From Anthoceros angustus (taxonomy: Eukaryota; Plantae; Anthocerotophyta): a stretch of 64,000 nt of DNA. Location: positions 434,001 through 498,000 of the forward strand of contig VJWM01000063.1 in the NCBI GenBank assembly GCA_010909165.1, read 5' to 3'. The translations under genes and the position numbers were made by a program. Below, piece after piece: positions 45,160 to 58,300 of the stretch (the stretch's first letter is position 1; every line of letters starts with the position of its first letter). A model generated the notes under the pieces. That model saw only the letters and a list, made by a program, of their open reading frames with translations. It had not been told where the DNA came from and did not search any database.

Positions 45160-48100
45160 CACTACTAGAAAATGTGGGGGCGTGGTTACGCTTTTATGTT
45201 ACAATTTACCTGGCCTATTTTGTAACATATGGGGGGCCATTTGCGGATCATGTTACAGTGCTTCAGTACAGCAGGTCCGGCTCAAAGTGTAACATAAGCG
45301 TAACCTTTCAACGTAATATGGAATCATATGTTGAGTTTGAGGTCAGTGGTTATATGGTTCGGCGATGATACCCGGCCGTGTTCACAGCGTGGAGACGCTT
45401 GAAATGCCTAGCCTTGGCGAGGCCGCGATGTAAATTGAGTGGTCAGTGGTATACTTGACCACCAATTCTGCATGCGCCTGCGGCGGGCCTCGTGATTCTT
45501 GTTCATGACGCGTTGCCGTCCAATCTCTCCGCGCCCGTCAGGCTGTCGCGGTTTGCGTCACATCCATGGTACAAGCAGTACTATGGATGCACATGGCACC
45601 CCTGCTCACCACGCCGCCTCCTCCCGCGATGATCGACCGCTGGCATGATTGCAAACATGCCGCGTGCGCGCATATGTGTACGATTGGATACCCTTCCACC
45701 ATGGCACACTCTCGCAACTCAACCGCCGCTTGGCATTGCCTTTTGTATTTTTGGGTTTGGCGAACCCCATAAATTGTATATTGCCGTACAATCGTATTAC
45801 CCACGGACGATGTTTTCGGTGATACCTCTCACTCGTGGTGTATGCATACACGCAGATTTCAATCTACCATATATACGCATTGTGATATGGCGGTAGTGCG
45901 CAACCGCTAGCTTTTCTTCAATGCTCGGTACGTCAGAAAGGCCCGCAGCGTGATCGTGGTTTTCGCCGTGGCTCAATTGGTTTGCTTCTTTTTAGTCTTG
46001 CCTTGCAGAAATGGCGTGACTCATGTCTGGTGATCCGGGCCCAAGTGCATTTGTTGGACTAAGCTACTTTAGCCTCACTGCCCAAGGTGCAAGGGCGACG
46101 GGAGGAAGTGGTGAAGGCGTGTTTGTTTAAGGGGAGGCTAAGCGCAAGCAACCTGGGGGAAGACAAGGAACCTAGAGGAAATAAGGGCCAAGATTCAAGA
46201 AGATTTGTGCGGTGGCCCGGGAGAGAAGTTGCAAGCAAGCGACGAGTTGTAAAGCAGTGAAGCTAACTCATGGCTCAAATTAAGGTGGGATGCCTACGAG
46301 ACTTCGAACCAGAGATGCAAGGTGGGGAGTTGTTGCGAGCCGGGTGGAGCGGCCTTGAGTGGAAAAAGGCCCATGTCGGGGCGGAGCGGTATAAACGGGG
46401 AGGCGGATGAGGCACGTGGCCGAGCGAGTAAAAGACAAAGGAAGGGAAGCAAGGTAAAGGTGCAGGACTACCATGACCGGGGGTAGCGGAAGGACACTAC
46501 CTAACAAGGAAGTAGCAAACCATGGGGTAGCCAAAACCCTACCTACCAAGGTTGCCGAACGACGACGTGATCGGGAGTCCACTACCGCGTATGGTGCCGC
46601 TTCACGACATTGGCGCATCCAACCCGGAAGTGCGATGGGCGGAGCGACAGACGCAGGGCATGACGTGACGCCCTCGCAAGGGACATGGACCAGCAACCAG
46701 TAGCCTACGGGGAGGAGAGGGGTGATAAAAAGGATCACAGGGAAGAGGGAAGGAAGGCGGGGTGGAGGTGAAGGCCATGTCGGGAAGGAAGGCCGAGATA
46801 CTAGTGGAGAAGGAAGATGGAGGAAAGGTGGCAAGCGTCACCGTCAAGTGATCTTTGGAGGCAACGTAGATGGTGGGAACACGGATGTGGGAGGCGAGGC
46901 TGGAGAGAGATGGTGGGAACACGGATGTGGGAGGCGGGAACCTTTGGAGATGGTGGGAACACGGATGGATGAGAGAATGTGGGGCGCATGCGAGCTGTCT
47001 GGAAACAACCCATGGGCCGTTTGTGGAGGGAATGTGAATGTTGAGCCATTTTCTTGCAGCTGGAGTCGATGCGTGGGTGGACGGTGATGGTCAATCGGCA
47101 ACAAGCAGATGGAATTGGTATTCCACCTTTATAGCCTAGCATTTCTGAGGGGTCCTTCGCCGTGAAAGTGGTGATTGAGGCCGGATAGGTCTAGGAAGTT
47201 GTGGAGGAACCACGAAAACAATGGTGTTGATGCGAAGAGTCACCAAGTGGCGTTAAGGCATATGGCCATATCACTTGGAAGGCGTACATGTTTGTAGATA
47301 AAGCCAATTGCATCGGTGGCAACAAAGCCAGATCTTTGAAAAGGATAGAGGGCGCAGGCATCCAAAATTCCAATTAATTTGTCAATAAAATCAAACACTT
47401 ATATATGCAAGGTATGAGAGTGGCGTAGGGTTAGCACATATATTACTATATAAACAAGTCTTGATGCCTATATACATATATCATTATACAAAGAGGCATA
47501 TAAATACACTAATATAATAGAAGTATAACGGATGGATGTGTACATATATATGTACACATACTTATGTCTTGAAGCCTACAAACATATATATGTATACGGA
47601 GTATATGCAAAGGAGGTAAAAAGGAAGGAAGGACAACAGGCGAGAGAGAGGTCCATTGTAACAAGTTGAAGAGGAATAGTGGAAGAGTATAAAATGGTTG
47701 TGATAGGAGGTCCTTCTCACGGTCATGAAGGAGGAGGAGAAGTGAAAGAGTATAAAAGGGTGTGATAAGGGGCAATAAATAGCGAGGGTGAGGTGAGAGG
47801 AGAGAGACCAAGCATTGTGTTAAGATGGGGTGAGAAGGTGGATAAGAAAAGGACACCTTGAACACCAAGCCACCATAAAGTGTTGCAATTTTGAAGTGGT
47901 ACATGAAGTGAGAGACCAAGCATTGTGTTAGGATGGTGGGAGAAGGAAGAGAAAAATGGACCAACTTAACACCAAGCCATCAAACCATGTTGCAAGTTGG
48001 AAGTGTTACATAAAATTGCAACACAGTATAACAAGGCGGTGGGAAATTATTAATAATGCTTGTGAGAGAGGGTGTACCCGGAAGGGTGAGGTGGGAAGAG

Positions 48101-48236
48101 AGTGCGAGTTCGTGTTAAGATGGCACCAAGCGGGGCCTAACAAACTTAATACCAAGCCTCAAAACATGTTGCAATGTGGAAGTAATAAAATTGCAACATC
48201 CACTGCTATATATAAAGGTGCCCTTTTCTAGTAGGG
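45160..48236. mobile_element. CACTA-type termini (may belong to one or to two elements)
   Basis: CACTACTAGAAAA at 45160 and TTTTCTAGTAGGG at 48224-48236 (1 mismatch), each with subterminal short repeats. The 3-bp flanks (TCT vs GCC) do not match. Confidence 0.5.
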
Positions 48237-50099
48237 GCCGTATGGCAAAGGTGGAAATAGGAGGGGACTGTGGCCTACCCACTGCAAGTGCGGAGACCCG
48301 GCACATGCACTTTTACCATCGCGCCCGAGTGTGGGGTTGGCCCCTAATTGTATCTGGAGGAAGCGACTTTGGTGAGCTGAGTGAGGAGGAGGTCCGAGGC
48401 TTGGGTGACGAGGAACTGCAATAATCCCTCAAGTAATAGGCTGGCCGGAAGATGCTGGAAGCCCAGTAAGCCGATACACACCTCAAATTCGGGACGGTCC
48501 GAAGGATAATGGCGGTGAGGTGGAAGTAGTGTGGAAAACATCAGCCGGAGCCAGAGCGTGGCGAGAGAGCTACAATTGGCCCGGCGGCAACGGAGGGCGT
48601 GGGGCCAAAAGGCGGCCAAGTCCCGAGTAAGTAGGGCGCTGCAGACAGCGTAAGCGAGGTAGTAGGCATCCTAAAGATAGTTTGCTAGGGTGTCTTTGCT
48701 GGACCTAGGATCGCTTTCCAAATCAAGGCGTCCCTTCATGATAGCCATCTTAAGACTTGAAAATCCGGGCATAGGCGCCCAAACCGCGATGTATAAGAAG
48801 GGCAACTTATGTCCCTCACGGCGAGATAACTCTTGGTTGGAATCCCCACGCCTTGCCGTGGGATGGTTGGAGACGTCCGATTAGCCGACAGAGGTGGTGT
48901 CTGGCGAGGCAGCTCCTTAGGGTGGTCGAGGAGCTTGCTCCTGTTGCAGAATCGGGAGGAAGGGGTGATAGAGCAACTGGTCTTTGGCGAAAAGGGAGGA
49001 GGAAACCACGGACTAGGCGCGAAGCCCAGTCTGGAGCTTGCTGCATCACTGCTTTTCTGGCGGCAGGGTTCTTCTTCCTTCACCTTGATCACAGCGGCGA
49101 GTTTGTGTTCCGAAATGAGAGGGGTGTTTGAGTGGATGGTTGGGAAAGTCAAGCGGGCGGGTGAGGGAGGAGAGAGAGAGAAGATCGGGTGAAGGAGAGA
49201 TCGAATCATGCTGCTGATGCAGTGTGAGACGTGAAAAGAAGGAGAGCGAGGTGGGACGTTAACGGTGGAATTGTGGTGGATTGTGAAACTCAAACCGGTG
49301 CTTGCAGTGGAAAGTGCACAAGGGAAACAACGTTTGTGGAAATCGTGGGTGTGGCGCCTTTACGTGTGTGTGTGTGTGTGTGTGGGAGGCGGGTGAGGTA
49401 TCCTAGGAACTTTGGTCCCTAGGAATCGGAGTGCATGAAGTGTGGAGTGCGAATAACACACGATCATGCGTGCCGCCCGTGACAGGATCCAGCGGCGCCG
49501 CGCCGAGATGAGTTGCTAGGGTTTGGTGTGGGACCCACTCGGTGGTAGCAACTACCCGGTGGTGGTGAGAGCCACCGTGGTAGTAGCTCGGGCGGGGTGG
49601 AATGAGATTTGCGGTAGTGGAATAAGATTTGTAGTGGTTGGACAAGTCGGGAGTAGTAGTAGTGAGTAGATAGGTAAGAAGAGTGGCCAGTAAGTCGACT
49701 TAGGCAAAGGTTGGTGAGTGATAGAAGATAGGCGTTTCTTGGCACAAACCATTCCTTGGGAGCGAATCCGGGACTACAACGACATTGAGGGTAAATGTGG
49801 ACCTCGTGTCCCACGACACGGTTCCTCACACCACTGCGGTGCGCGCCGCCACACCGGCGTAGAATCTCGAGTGCGCCGCCAGCGCCGCGATCACACGTGA
49901 TGCACCAAATCACAGACAGACCGGGTGCGCGATTTGTGCGCGCACCCGGTGGTGTAAGCGCGCACCCCAGCGCTGGAGGTGCTATTCGCGGGCGACGAGC
50001 TTGGCGCACTTGTCGCTGCGCTGGCGGTCTTGGCGCGTGCGCGCACCAAGACGCCTGCGCGCGCGGCTGTGCGCGGACCAAGACCGATGCACGCATGCG

Positions 50100-51700
50100 C
50101 ATGCGGTCGGGTCCATGCCCGCGTGAACCAAGGACAAACTTCTGACCGTGTGATCCATTTCTACTGTGACGGAGGTCCATGAGCAAAGACACCTCGTGAA
50201 TTAGCGATCAAACAGGAGCGACTAAAACTTGCAAAACACCGCTTGAAGTGTAAAGGCCAACCGAGCAAATACATTGGAATGGCGATAGGCAGGATGGACC
50301 AAAGCAAGGCGGAGCTCCACATTTTCCTGCCCCTCAAAAGTTTTGCGGATGGTCTCATTCGGGTCCATGTTGTGGGTTGTTTGGTATACAACAACATTAT
50401 GAAGACCGTGGTGTATGTGAACTTCAATATTCGAACGACGCCAACTTAACTATTCATATCATCCGTGATGTTATTCTCACATATGAGATGGTTCCAAGAC
50501 GCTTTTACTTGCAACCGGACAACACGCCAGAGAAAACAAGAATATGTTGTTGTTTGCATACTTGAGTATGCTTGTCGAGAAGCGGTCTTCGATAAGGTGA
50601 AGGTGGGCTTCCTTCTTGTCGGCACACGATGATGCTTGATCAAATGTTCTCGTGCTTTTCTAAAAGCCTCGTGCACAAAAAGCAATGTCACTAAACCCTT
50701 ATGAGTTTGATTCATCGTGCTTATACACCCAATCCAAGTGAAAATGGTTTCCGAGGTGGCCGATTTCAGAGCTTTGTCCGCCCAATGGGATGGGTAAAAG
50801 AGGGACACGAGATGCAGGTAAGGAATTTGCACAATCATAGTTATCAAGATCAATTCAAAATTTCAAGGGAAGAAGAGTCATGGAGCCATCGTAATCTTCT
50901 TCGTGGCAAGGCACTTTCTACTTGTTCACATTGGGAACCGCTGAGGGTTTGGAGTTCCTTCGAGAATACCAACAGATATAAGGGGAGCGCCTTTATGTCC
51001 ACTTCAATCAGATGGGAAACCATGACGCACGCATAAATCATTGAGAGCCATTAGGAAAGCCCTCGAAGGACCGATGCAAAAATATCTATCTCTGGAAGAC
51101 AAAGTATGATGGAACTCATTCTAGGCATCACAGTCTGATATTTGCGACAAAATCAGAGGAGGAGTCCATCGAGATCTTCAAAAAGCATGGGAGTGGTACA
51201 ACAGGGACGAGGCTGAGCGGAACTTAAATCCCATTGACGTTCCAGATGTCTTTGTCATTCCGGCTCCAGTTCCGCGAACCCTGCAACCGCGTCATATGTA
51301 TGTCGGGAATTTTAGGCCACCGGGAGCCGCAGCCATCGAGTTGGCGAGATTCGATGGGGATGTGTCCGAGATCGACGAGGCCATATGATTGCAGTCCCAT
51401 GTGAGATGACGATCGTAACAGCCTTCGATTGCGTAAGTGAAGACTTGGATTTCTTGTGACGAACCTTACCTAGTTGTCCAAAGCAGGTGATGAGAATAGC
51501 AATGCGCTTTGAGGAAGGTACCTACCGAGGAGATATTGGCTCCACACAAGTTGATAGAGAGGGTCATTAACGGAGGAAGCGACCCAAGCACCGGATCGAC
51601 TGCTTGATATCGGAGACATTTATTTTGGCATACGGGTTCTCGCTTGCAAGGGATAGCACTCTACAAGTCCGCATACGTGAGCTTATCAAGACAAAGCTAT
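50100..51700 (+). mobile_element. Sola-like DNA transposase remnant (copy 2)
   Basis: HRLKCKGQPSKYIGM..MDQSK; HVVGCLVY; LTIHIIRDV; PRRFYLQPDNT; DKVKVGFLLVG(H)T..DQMFSCF; AWEWYNR; GDVSEIDE.HMIAVPC..D.N.PF.IA. Frameshifted. Confidence 0.8.
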
Positions 51701-52358
51701 TCAACTTCAACATCTACCACCGTGGAAGAAGGTAATGGGTTGAAGATAACAGATGTACCACCAAGTTCCAGAGGGAGATGCATTGAGGAAAATGATGATT
51801 TGGACGAAAATCTAAATAAGGGTGGTGTAGTTCGAAGCTGCTGGGTGATGAGAGACATCCGACTTCGCCGCACCAATCGCAACAAGAACCCGCGGCAGAG
51901 GCAACGGAACCGGACTATTGGTGCTTTTGAAGGCATGTTTGATGATGATCCTAAGACAAGGTCACCGTCAAGGAGACTAAACACCGAGAGGATAGAAAGG
52001 TGATAGGGTATTCTTCATAGCTTTAGGGCATAGGGTAGATAGATGAGACATGTCTATGTGGACGCCCGCCGATTTGTGCAACTTATGTCGCTGGCTTCCG
52101 CCACATCCATGCACTCCAAGAAGACATATTCCTCAATGAATGATGTATTTCGTGACTGCTTTTGCCCAGCGCAAGCTATGATACTTGTTTAGCGCACCAC
52201 GCCGCCTAGCCCCACTTGGTATACAAAACATATAGAACCACACAAATTGAAACCATCGACATGCCGAAATTATGGAAGAATACTCACCTTCATCACACCG
52301 ACAAAGTATCCATGCACACGAAAGTGCAGCGGCGCCCGCTTGCACCGCGGGTGTAAAT

Positions 52359-55300
52359 CACTACTACAAAACATATGGCTTTTAACGCAAAATATAATGT
52401 AACAATGACGCGCAGTGGCCTCGAATCACGTGGTCCTTTTAGCCAGCGCTTATAAAATACATTATAATGAACTCGATATTCCTTATTTTAACGGCAACCT
52501 TAGCCGTTATGGAATGCCCGTGGCGGGTGATGGGCAAGTTATCCGCATTTGATGCCTATAACCGGTATATGGTAAGGGGCGGCGCCTGACGGGTCCCTGG
52601 TTGCCATACCGTGGTCTCTGCTCGCTCAGGGCCTGCTAGTGCGGTTCGTGACGGCACCGGCCCGCCCGCTCAGAATCTCGTCACCGGGCTGCACCTGCTT
52701 CCTCTTCCGCCGGCGGTTGAATTCAAAAAGTCGGCTTCTTGGTAAGAGCGTGATTTGATTGGCCCCGGTTTGACCGTCAACAACATGATGTCAGCGGCGC
52801 TCATTGCGCAAAACACACTCCATGATGGGCCTTGATTGGTGAAATAGATCGAAATGGTGGATGTTCATTGGTGCACATCAATTCGATTGGCCTCGACAAT
52901 ACCCTAGTTGGCTTTACACCGCGAAAACCATGCCCTTCACGCTTCAAGACCGCATCTTGATTGAATGTGTCCGACGATGCTTTCAACCGGATTTGAAATT
53001 TGAACGGGTTTCTACAAGCTCATTTATGCATTGATTAAACTATAATATTTGTTTAGGTCTCGTAATTAATAATTACATGAAATCGTGATTACGGTAAAAC
53101 CGCATACGCCCACACCAATCCACGCTCACTAGTTCTATGCATACCGAGAAAGCGAAATGGTGGCTCGCCCCCTTCGACCTCTTCTCGCGGCCCCGCCTCT
53201 CCCCCCATCACGCTTGCCCGACTTTGGTTACCTCCTTCCAAGCGGCGGTGGTGCATTGGCCCCCCCGGTCATTGACATCCCCTTTCGAAAATGTTTGTTG
53301 ACATGGATGGCGAGCGAAATCTTTAAATTACGCTCAAGTTCTAACGAATGGGCGAGCGAAGTGCTAGCATGTCATCCTCACCCTTACTTCCTCCGCCTTT
53401 CTACGTATCGATGCCCCTCTGCATTCAGCAAGGGGAATCAAGCATCGCCGCACATGCCCCAAACTAGATATCGATATACCTCAAAATACTAAGCTTCTCC
53501 ACGACTTCATAGTGACATGTAAATTAAAATCATGCATATGATGGTGCATGCTCCAACGCCATGCTCAATTGATTTTTCGCCTCCCCAACCCCAAGCAAGA
53601 TTGCCTACCTTTCCTCTCATCGCACCGTGTGATCCGCTTGTTGGGATCGGTGGTGGAGGAGATGGAGTCGTGTGTGTCCAACTCCTCGCAGCACCTAGTT
53701 CGCTATCCTCCGAATGGGACCATCTCGGCGCATCTCACAAGTCCAATGAGTAGACTCGATGCATGAGCACAGGCGAGCCAACGGATTGCATTAAACATGA
53801 AATGGTGATTGCTTACTTCCACACCTTCCTTCGCCAGAGAGGCGGAAAGCTTCAATGTCTTCCATACCATGCTCCACTGCCCACGCTTCTTGTGGGCATC
53901 TTGTGGAACTTGTGGTAAAACTTCCTCAAGTCCGTGGCCCTCCCATAGGGGTTGCACCTGCACCTTCATACTTAGCCACCCGGGCCTCTGCCGCCTTCAT
54001 TTGTTGTGCCCTTGGCCACTCACGTTGTTTTGATCAAGCACCGCACACGAATTGACGACTCCACGCCTCTTTGGACACATTACCTGTAATCACCACTGCC
54101 TCCGCAAATCCGCAGCCTAACTTCACCGGCTAGGGAATGAATTTTGGTCCGAGACCGGAGAATTGCTTGTTGATGAAATCTATTAGTAATCATGGGAAAA
54201 CTCTCCGAATGATGTCAACGAGTTCTCAGGCGCTGGTGAATGCTCGACCATGGTTTCGCAAAGTCATACGTGTGTGCACTAGCTCCGAGACTCGTCAAAG
54301 GCCTTGCTCCATGATCAACTTCCCAAACATATCATCCTAGCTACTGGGGGCATGTCGCATCCTCACTACACCGCCTCGCCTCCGCCAAAACCGTGGCCCT
54401 CCCATGCAATTTCACACAAGTCCCGAGCACATCTTCAAGGTGTGCACTGTGAGGACCCGCCAGGTGTGTGCACTCTCCCGCCGCCTTGCCCGCCATTAGG
54501 GAGGAACGTTGCTTCCACATGTGTTCAAATGTCCGGGCTCAAACTCCGCCCATAGCTCCCTCCACGCCTGACCAAACCATCCAACCTTGGTGTCGCCGGC
54601 ACAACCCTTGCCTCCCCTGCGTGTGCCTTGACCCGCATGGACCGCAATCATCGAGGTGCACCCGACCCTCCTCACTGATTCTCCACCCATGATAGGAGCC
54701 CTCCTCCGATCTCCACCCACTCATGGGCCATGTCGAGAGCAGAAATCCCTACAAGATACCACACAAACCGGAGAAAAATGATTGTGTTGCTCAAGAAGAG
54801 GTAGTAGTCACAAATGAGAGAGATGCCTCACAATTGAGCCCTCCGTGGAGGCGATGAATGACAATTGTGGTGCCACCTATGACGTCGCATTGTCATTGTC
54901 TCCCCATTTGTATGAGTGGCTCGCCCGTGGCAAATCCTTGGAACCCGATCGGGGCCATGTTTTGACCCCAATCCCGACGCCACGCCCACCTTAACCCCTT
55001 CTCCACTTTCGCTAGTTTCTCCACAGCGCTCATCGTCCGGCAAGACACAACACGCCTCCGCCTGCAAAGACACAACACGCCGCACTAAGTCGAACATTCA
55101 TGGTTAGAACCGCCCCTGGTTGCACGTACTCCCACGCCATCTGTCATGGGCACGATTCAAAGCCACGGCACATTTCACGCCCAGCTTCGCGACATCTGCG
55201 GCGGTCATCGCGCTCCTCCCTATCCGCTTGTTTGCCCGCCGGCTATCGCGTCTTCATCGCGTTCCTCCCTATCCGCTTGTTTTGCGTCGCATGGGTGCAT

Positions 55301-58300
55301 GCACTTTGCCCATCGACATCAAGCATTGCACCATCCTTTTCCCTCCTTACTCGATCGCCCGCAAATGTGTTCGCATGTAGCGGTCTGGACAAAGGCGCCC
55401 GCGGCCGGGCGGTGCATCGGCAAATAACGCCTTCGCTGGGTACTTTCACGTTTTGGCGGGGGCGCGTCACCATCAACCCTATCTGCCGACTACAAATCGC
55501 CATCGCCATGGCCGTGGTGATGGCAATCGTATTACTGCTTGGGTGCCTCCTTGACCAAGGCACGAAACGCGATTATATAATCCCAAATGTGAACTACTTA
55601 GTTTAGGTATATCCACCTTGTGATTTTCCTTGACCACTCATCACACCGCTTGACAACTCGAAGGCGTCCTCTTGCATGCGATGCCTTCTTCCAGTTGCAC
55701 ATGCCTTTGCGCCATGGCGAACTCGTTGTCACGCGTTCTCTCGGACACGTGGCGCTATCCCAATGGTAACCCGCTTTCCCATAAGAAGGATGCATCGACC
55801 CCTCTTTTCCAAGCATTCACCGCCTCTTGCGCGATTTCGGGTTCCCCGGCGAGGTGTGGAATTTGCACGCCTCTTCTCGAACCTTTGCTAAATTGGCTGC
55901 CTGTGTCCGAGTTTGGGAGTTTGCTTGTTGCCACTTTGTTGTCACTTGTTGCGCACCACAACTTAAATTCGTTTTGGCTTGTAATGTGTAGGGTCGGTTG
56001 CGGAGGACCATGGCTCACGAATTGGGGCCAACATCCTGGATACCCTCCACATTACGAGAACGACCAGCATGAGTTTACAGCCCCTCATCGATAGGCCTCC
56101 CTCTCGACCCCTTTCTCTGCCGATGGCCTGGCTCAACAAGCACCGCGATAAGCTTGAGCGCAGGCGGAGTGGAGTTGAAGGCGGACAAGTGTGTCCGAGG
56201 GTGAGGCTGGCCCATGGGGGTTGTGGATTTCAAGGCATACCGCTTCCGGCCGAATGGAAAAGCCTTGGGCATCGAAGAGACTGGATAGGCGTGTGAAGGA
56301 CGATGGCATTCACACACGCCGCAAGCGAGCACCGCCGGATTCGTGTAGAGCATTAGTGCCGTATGTGCCCATGGACATAGACAACCGGGTTTAGGTAGGG
56401 GTTTGCATGTGGTATGATGCCATGTTTTGTTTTTAATGGTCGAACATGAGCCGTATGTTGGGCGTGGGCGGAGGTTAAAATGCACCCCTACATATATTTT
56501 GTCATTAAACCGCCTCTGTGGGAAACCCTTGCCTCGAAACCCTCCAATATGAAATGGCAACATAAAAGGTGTGCCACATCCTCGAAACCCCGCGAATAGG
56601 ACATCGGGTGTGCCAGCCTTTGTGCATCTCGATTCCCGTGGCTACTAGGCCATAGGAAGTGTAATGGTGGTCTGCAAAGGATCGTGCACGAATTTAGGTT
56701 GTGATATGAGTCCAATTGGAGTCGGTCCCGTAATTAATGATCCCATTCCACAAAGAAACATATTTTGACCCATTTATAATTATGTGTATTTACCAATCGG
56801 GACCCCACTAGTCGACATGCCGTTTTCCCTTAGTCGACTTGAACTATCCCACCTAGCATGTATTGGTGTGCATATCATCCATTGCGTTCACCATGACGCG
56901 TCCGATGGGCGAATGCCCGAGCGACGCGTTTTCGGAAATGTATACGGTCTGCTCGTGATCCCGACCGTACGCAAGGCGTCTTGTATCCACCGACTAACCG
57001 TGTAATCACGGACCATTGAGGCGGGTCATGTGTTGGGTCACACTCGTACCAATGGATGTTTAGTATGAATGACCGGACGCCAAGACCATCACATTCCACT
57101 TGAGAACCTGTAATATGCGATCAAGTATTCTTGTTGCGATGTCCCCAACCATCTCAAATGACCCATGGACCCACACCCCTGTCTTCGATTGGCATCTGCA
57201 CCATTGTGCGAAAATGATACCCCTAAAATCTAGACCTCGATATTCAGAACGACAAGTCGTGGCCCATTGCTCGAGCCTTAATTTGCCAAGTTTGGGTTGT
57301 CATTCCATGCCCCTTCCGCAAGGCTGCCGAGCCACGTCTTGAAATCCACCTCATCATGTTGGGGCATGTCTCTCGCTACTTGATAGGCATCATAATTGAG
57401 TGCAACAACAAGTACCGCGGTAATCGATTAAGAGCCACTTGTTTGCCCATGCCAATCGGCGTTCCTCATGATCACATCGTGCCACGACCGTATAAATGCC
57501 GATGTTCGTGTAAGCCGGCCATGAACTCACTTGCATAATGCATTGCCTCCATTGCAATGTAACCAAGCCATACTTCTCGACGCGCCTAACGTGATTTTTC
57601 GGATAAGCATGTACCTTTCCATCGGGTACATCCACCGTGTATGAGCGTGCCAAATAATTCTACCTCCTCCATGACATGGAATATCATATGTTGCATCGGG
57701 TTCCAAAGGTAGAGGCATGCGCTCAAGGGTGACCATGAGGTCAACAACCTCCAACTTCTTTGCGGGTATCTCCGATATGTCGATTGCCTTCCCACATATC
57801 CATCTATAAAGTTCACTTAGGCATGCAATTACCTTGTACTCTGGAGCATCCAAACGTCCTCTTAGCGCGATTGGCAGATAGTACTGCATGATACAATGCC
57901 AATCATGGCTCTTGAGTCCGGTTACTTTTGGCCCTGCAAAGCACGAATTCAAGTTAGCCCCGAAGCCCGTAGGTGGTCTCATTGCACATATCTCATCCTT
58001 CACTGCTTGAAGATCATCTCGCTTCAAGACATAAGAGGCCTCGGCAAATGCAACATGTCGTCCTCCTCCCTTGGCCACAACCATGGCTTGGAATCGTTTG
58101 TCTCCATATCTAAACGGGTTGCAATGGTGTCACCGACGGTCAAAATTCCCCATATGGCCTTGGCATTGTTCACTTCTACATGCATTACATCCTTTGCCCA
58201 TAGCTTGTGTATGTGGTAAGATAAGGCGGTGCGTAGGATCGTGACTGGGTTACTCCCCACACTCGGTGTTCCTCCTTTGCCGTGCATCACCGCCCAACGC

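Noticed and set aside
45160-48236. A single intact non-autonomous CACTA element
   Set aside because: TSDs do not match, the TIR match is only 13 bp, and subterminal repeats differ between the ends.
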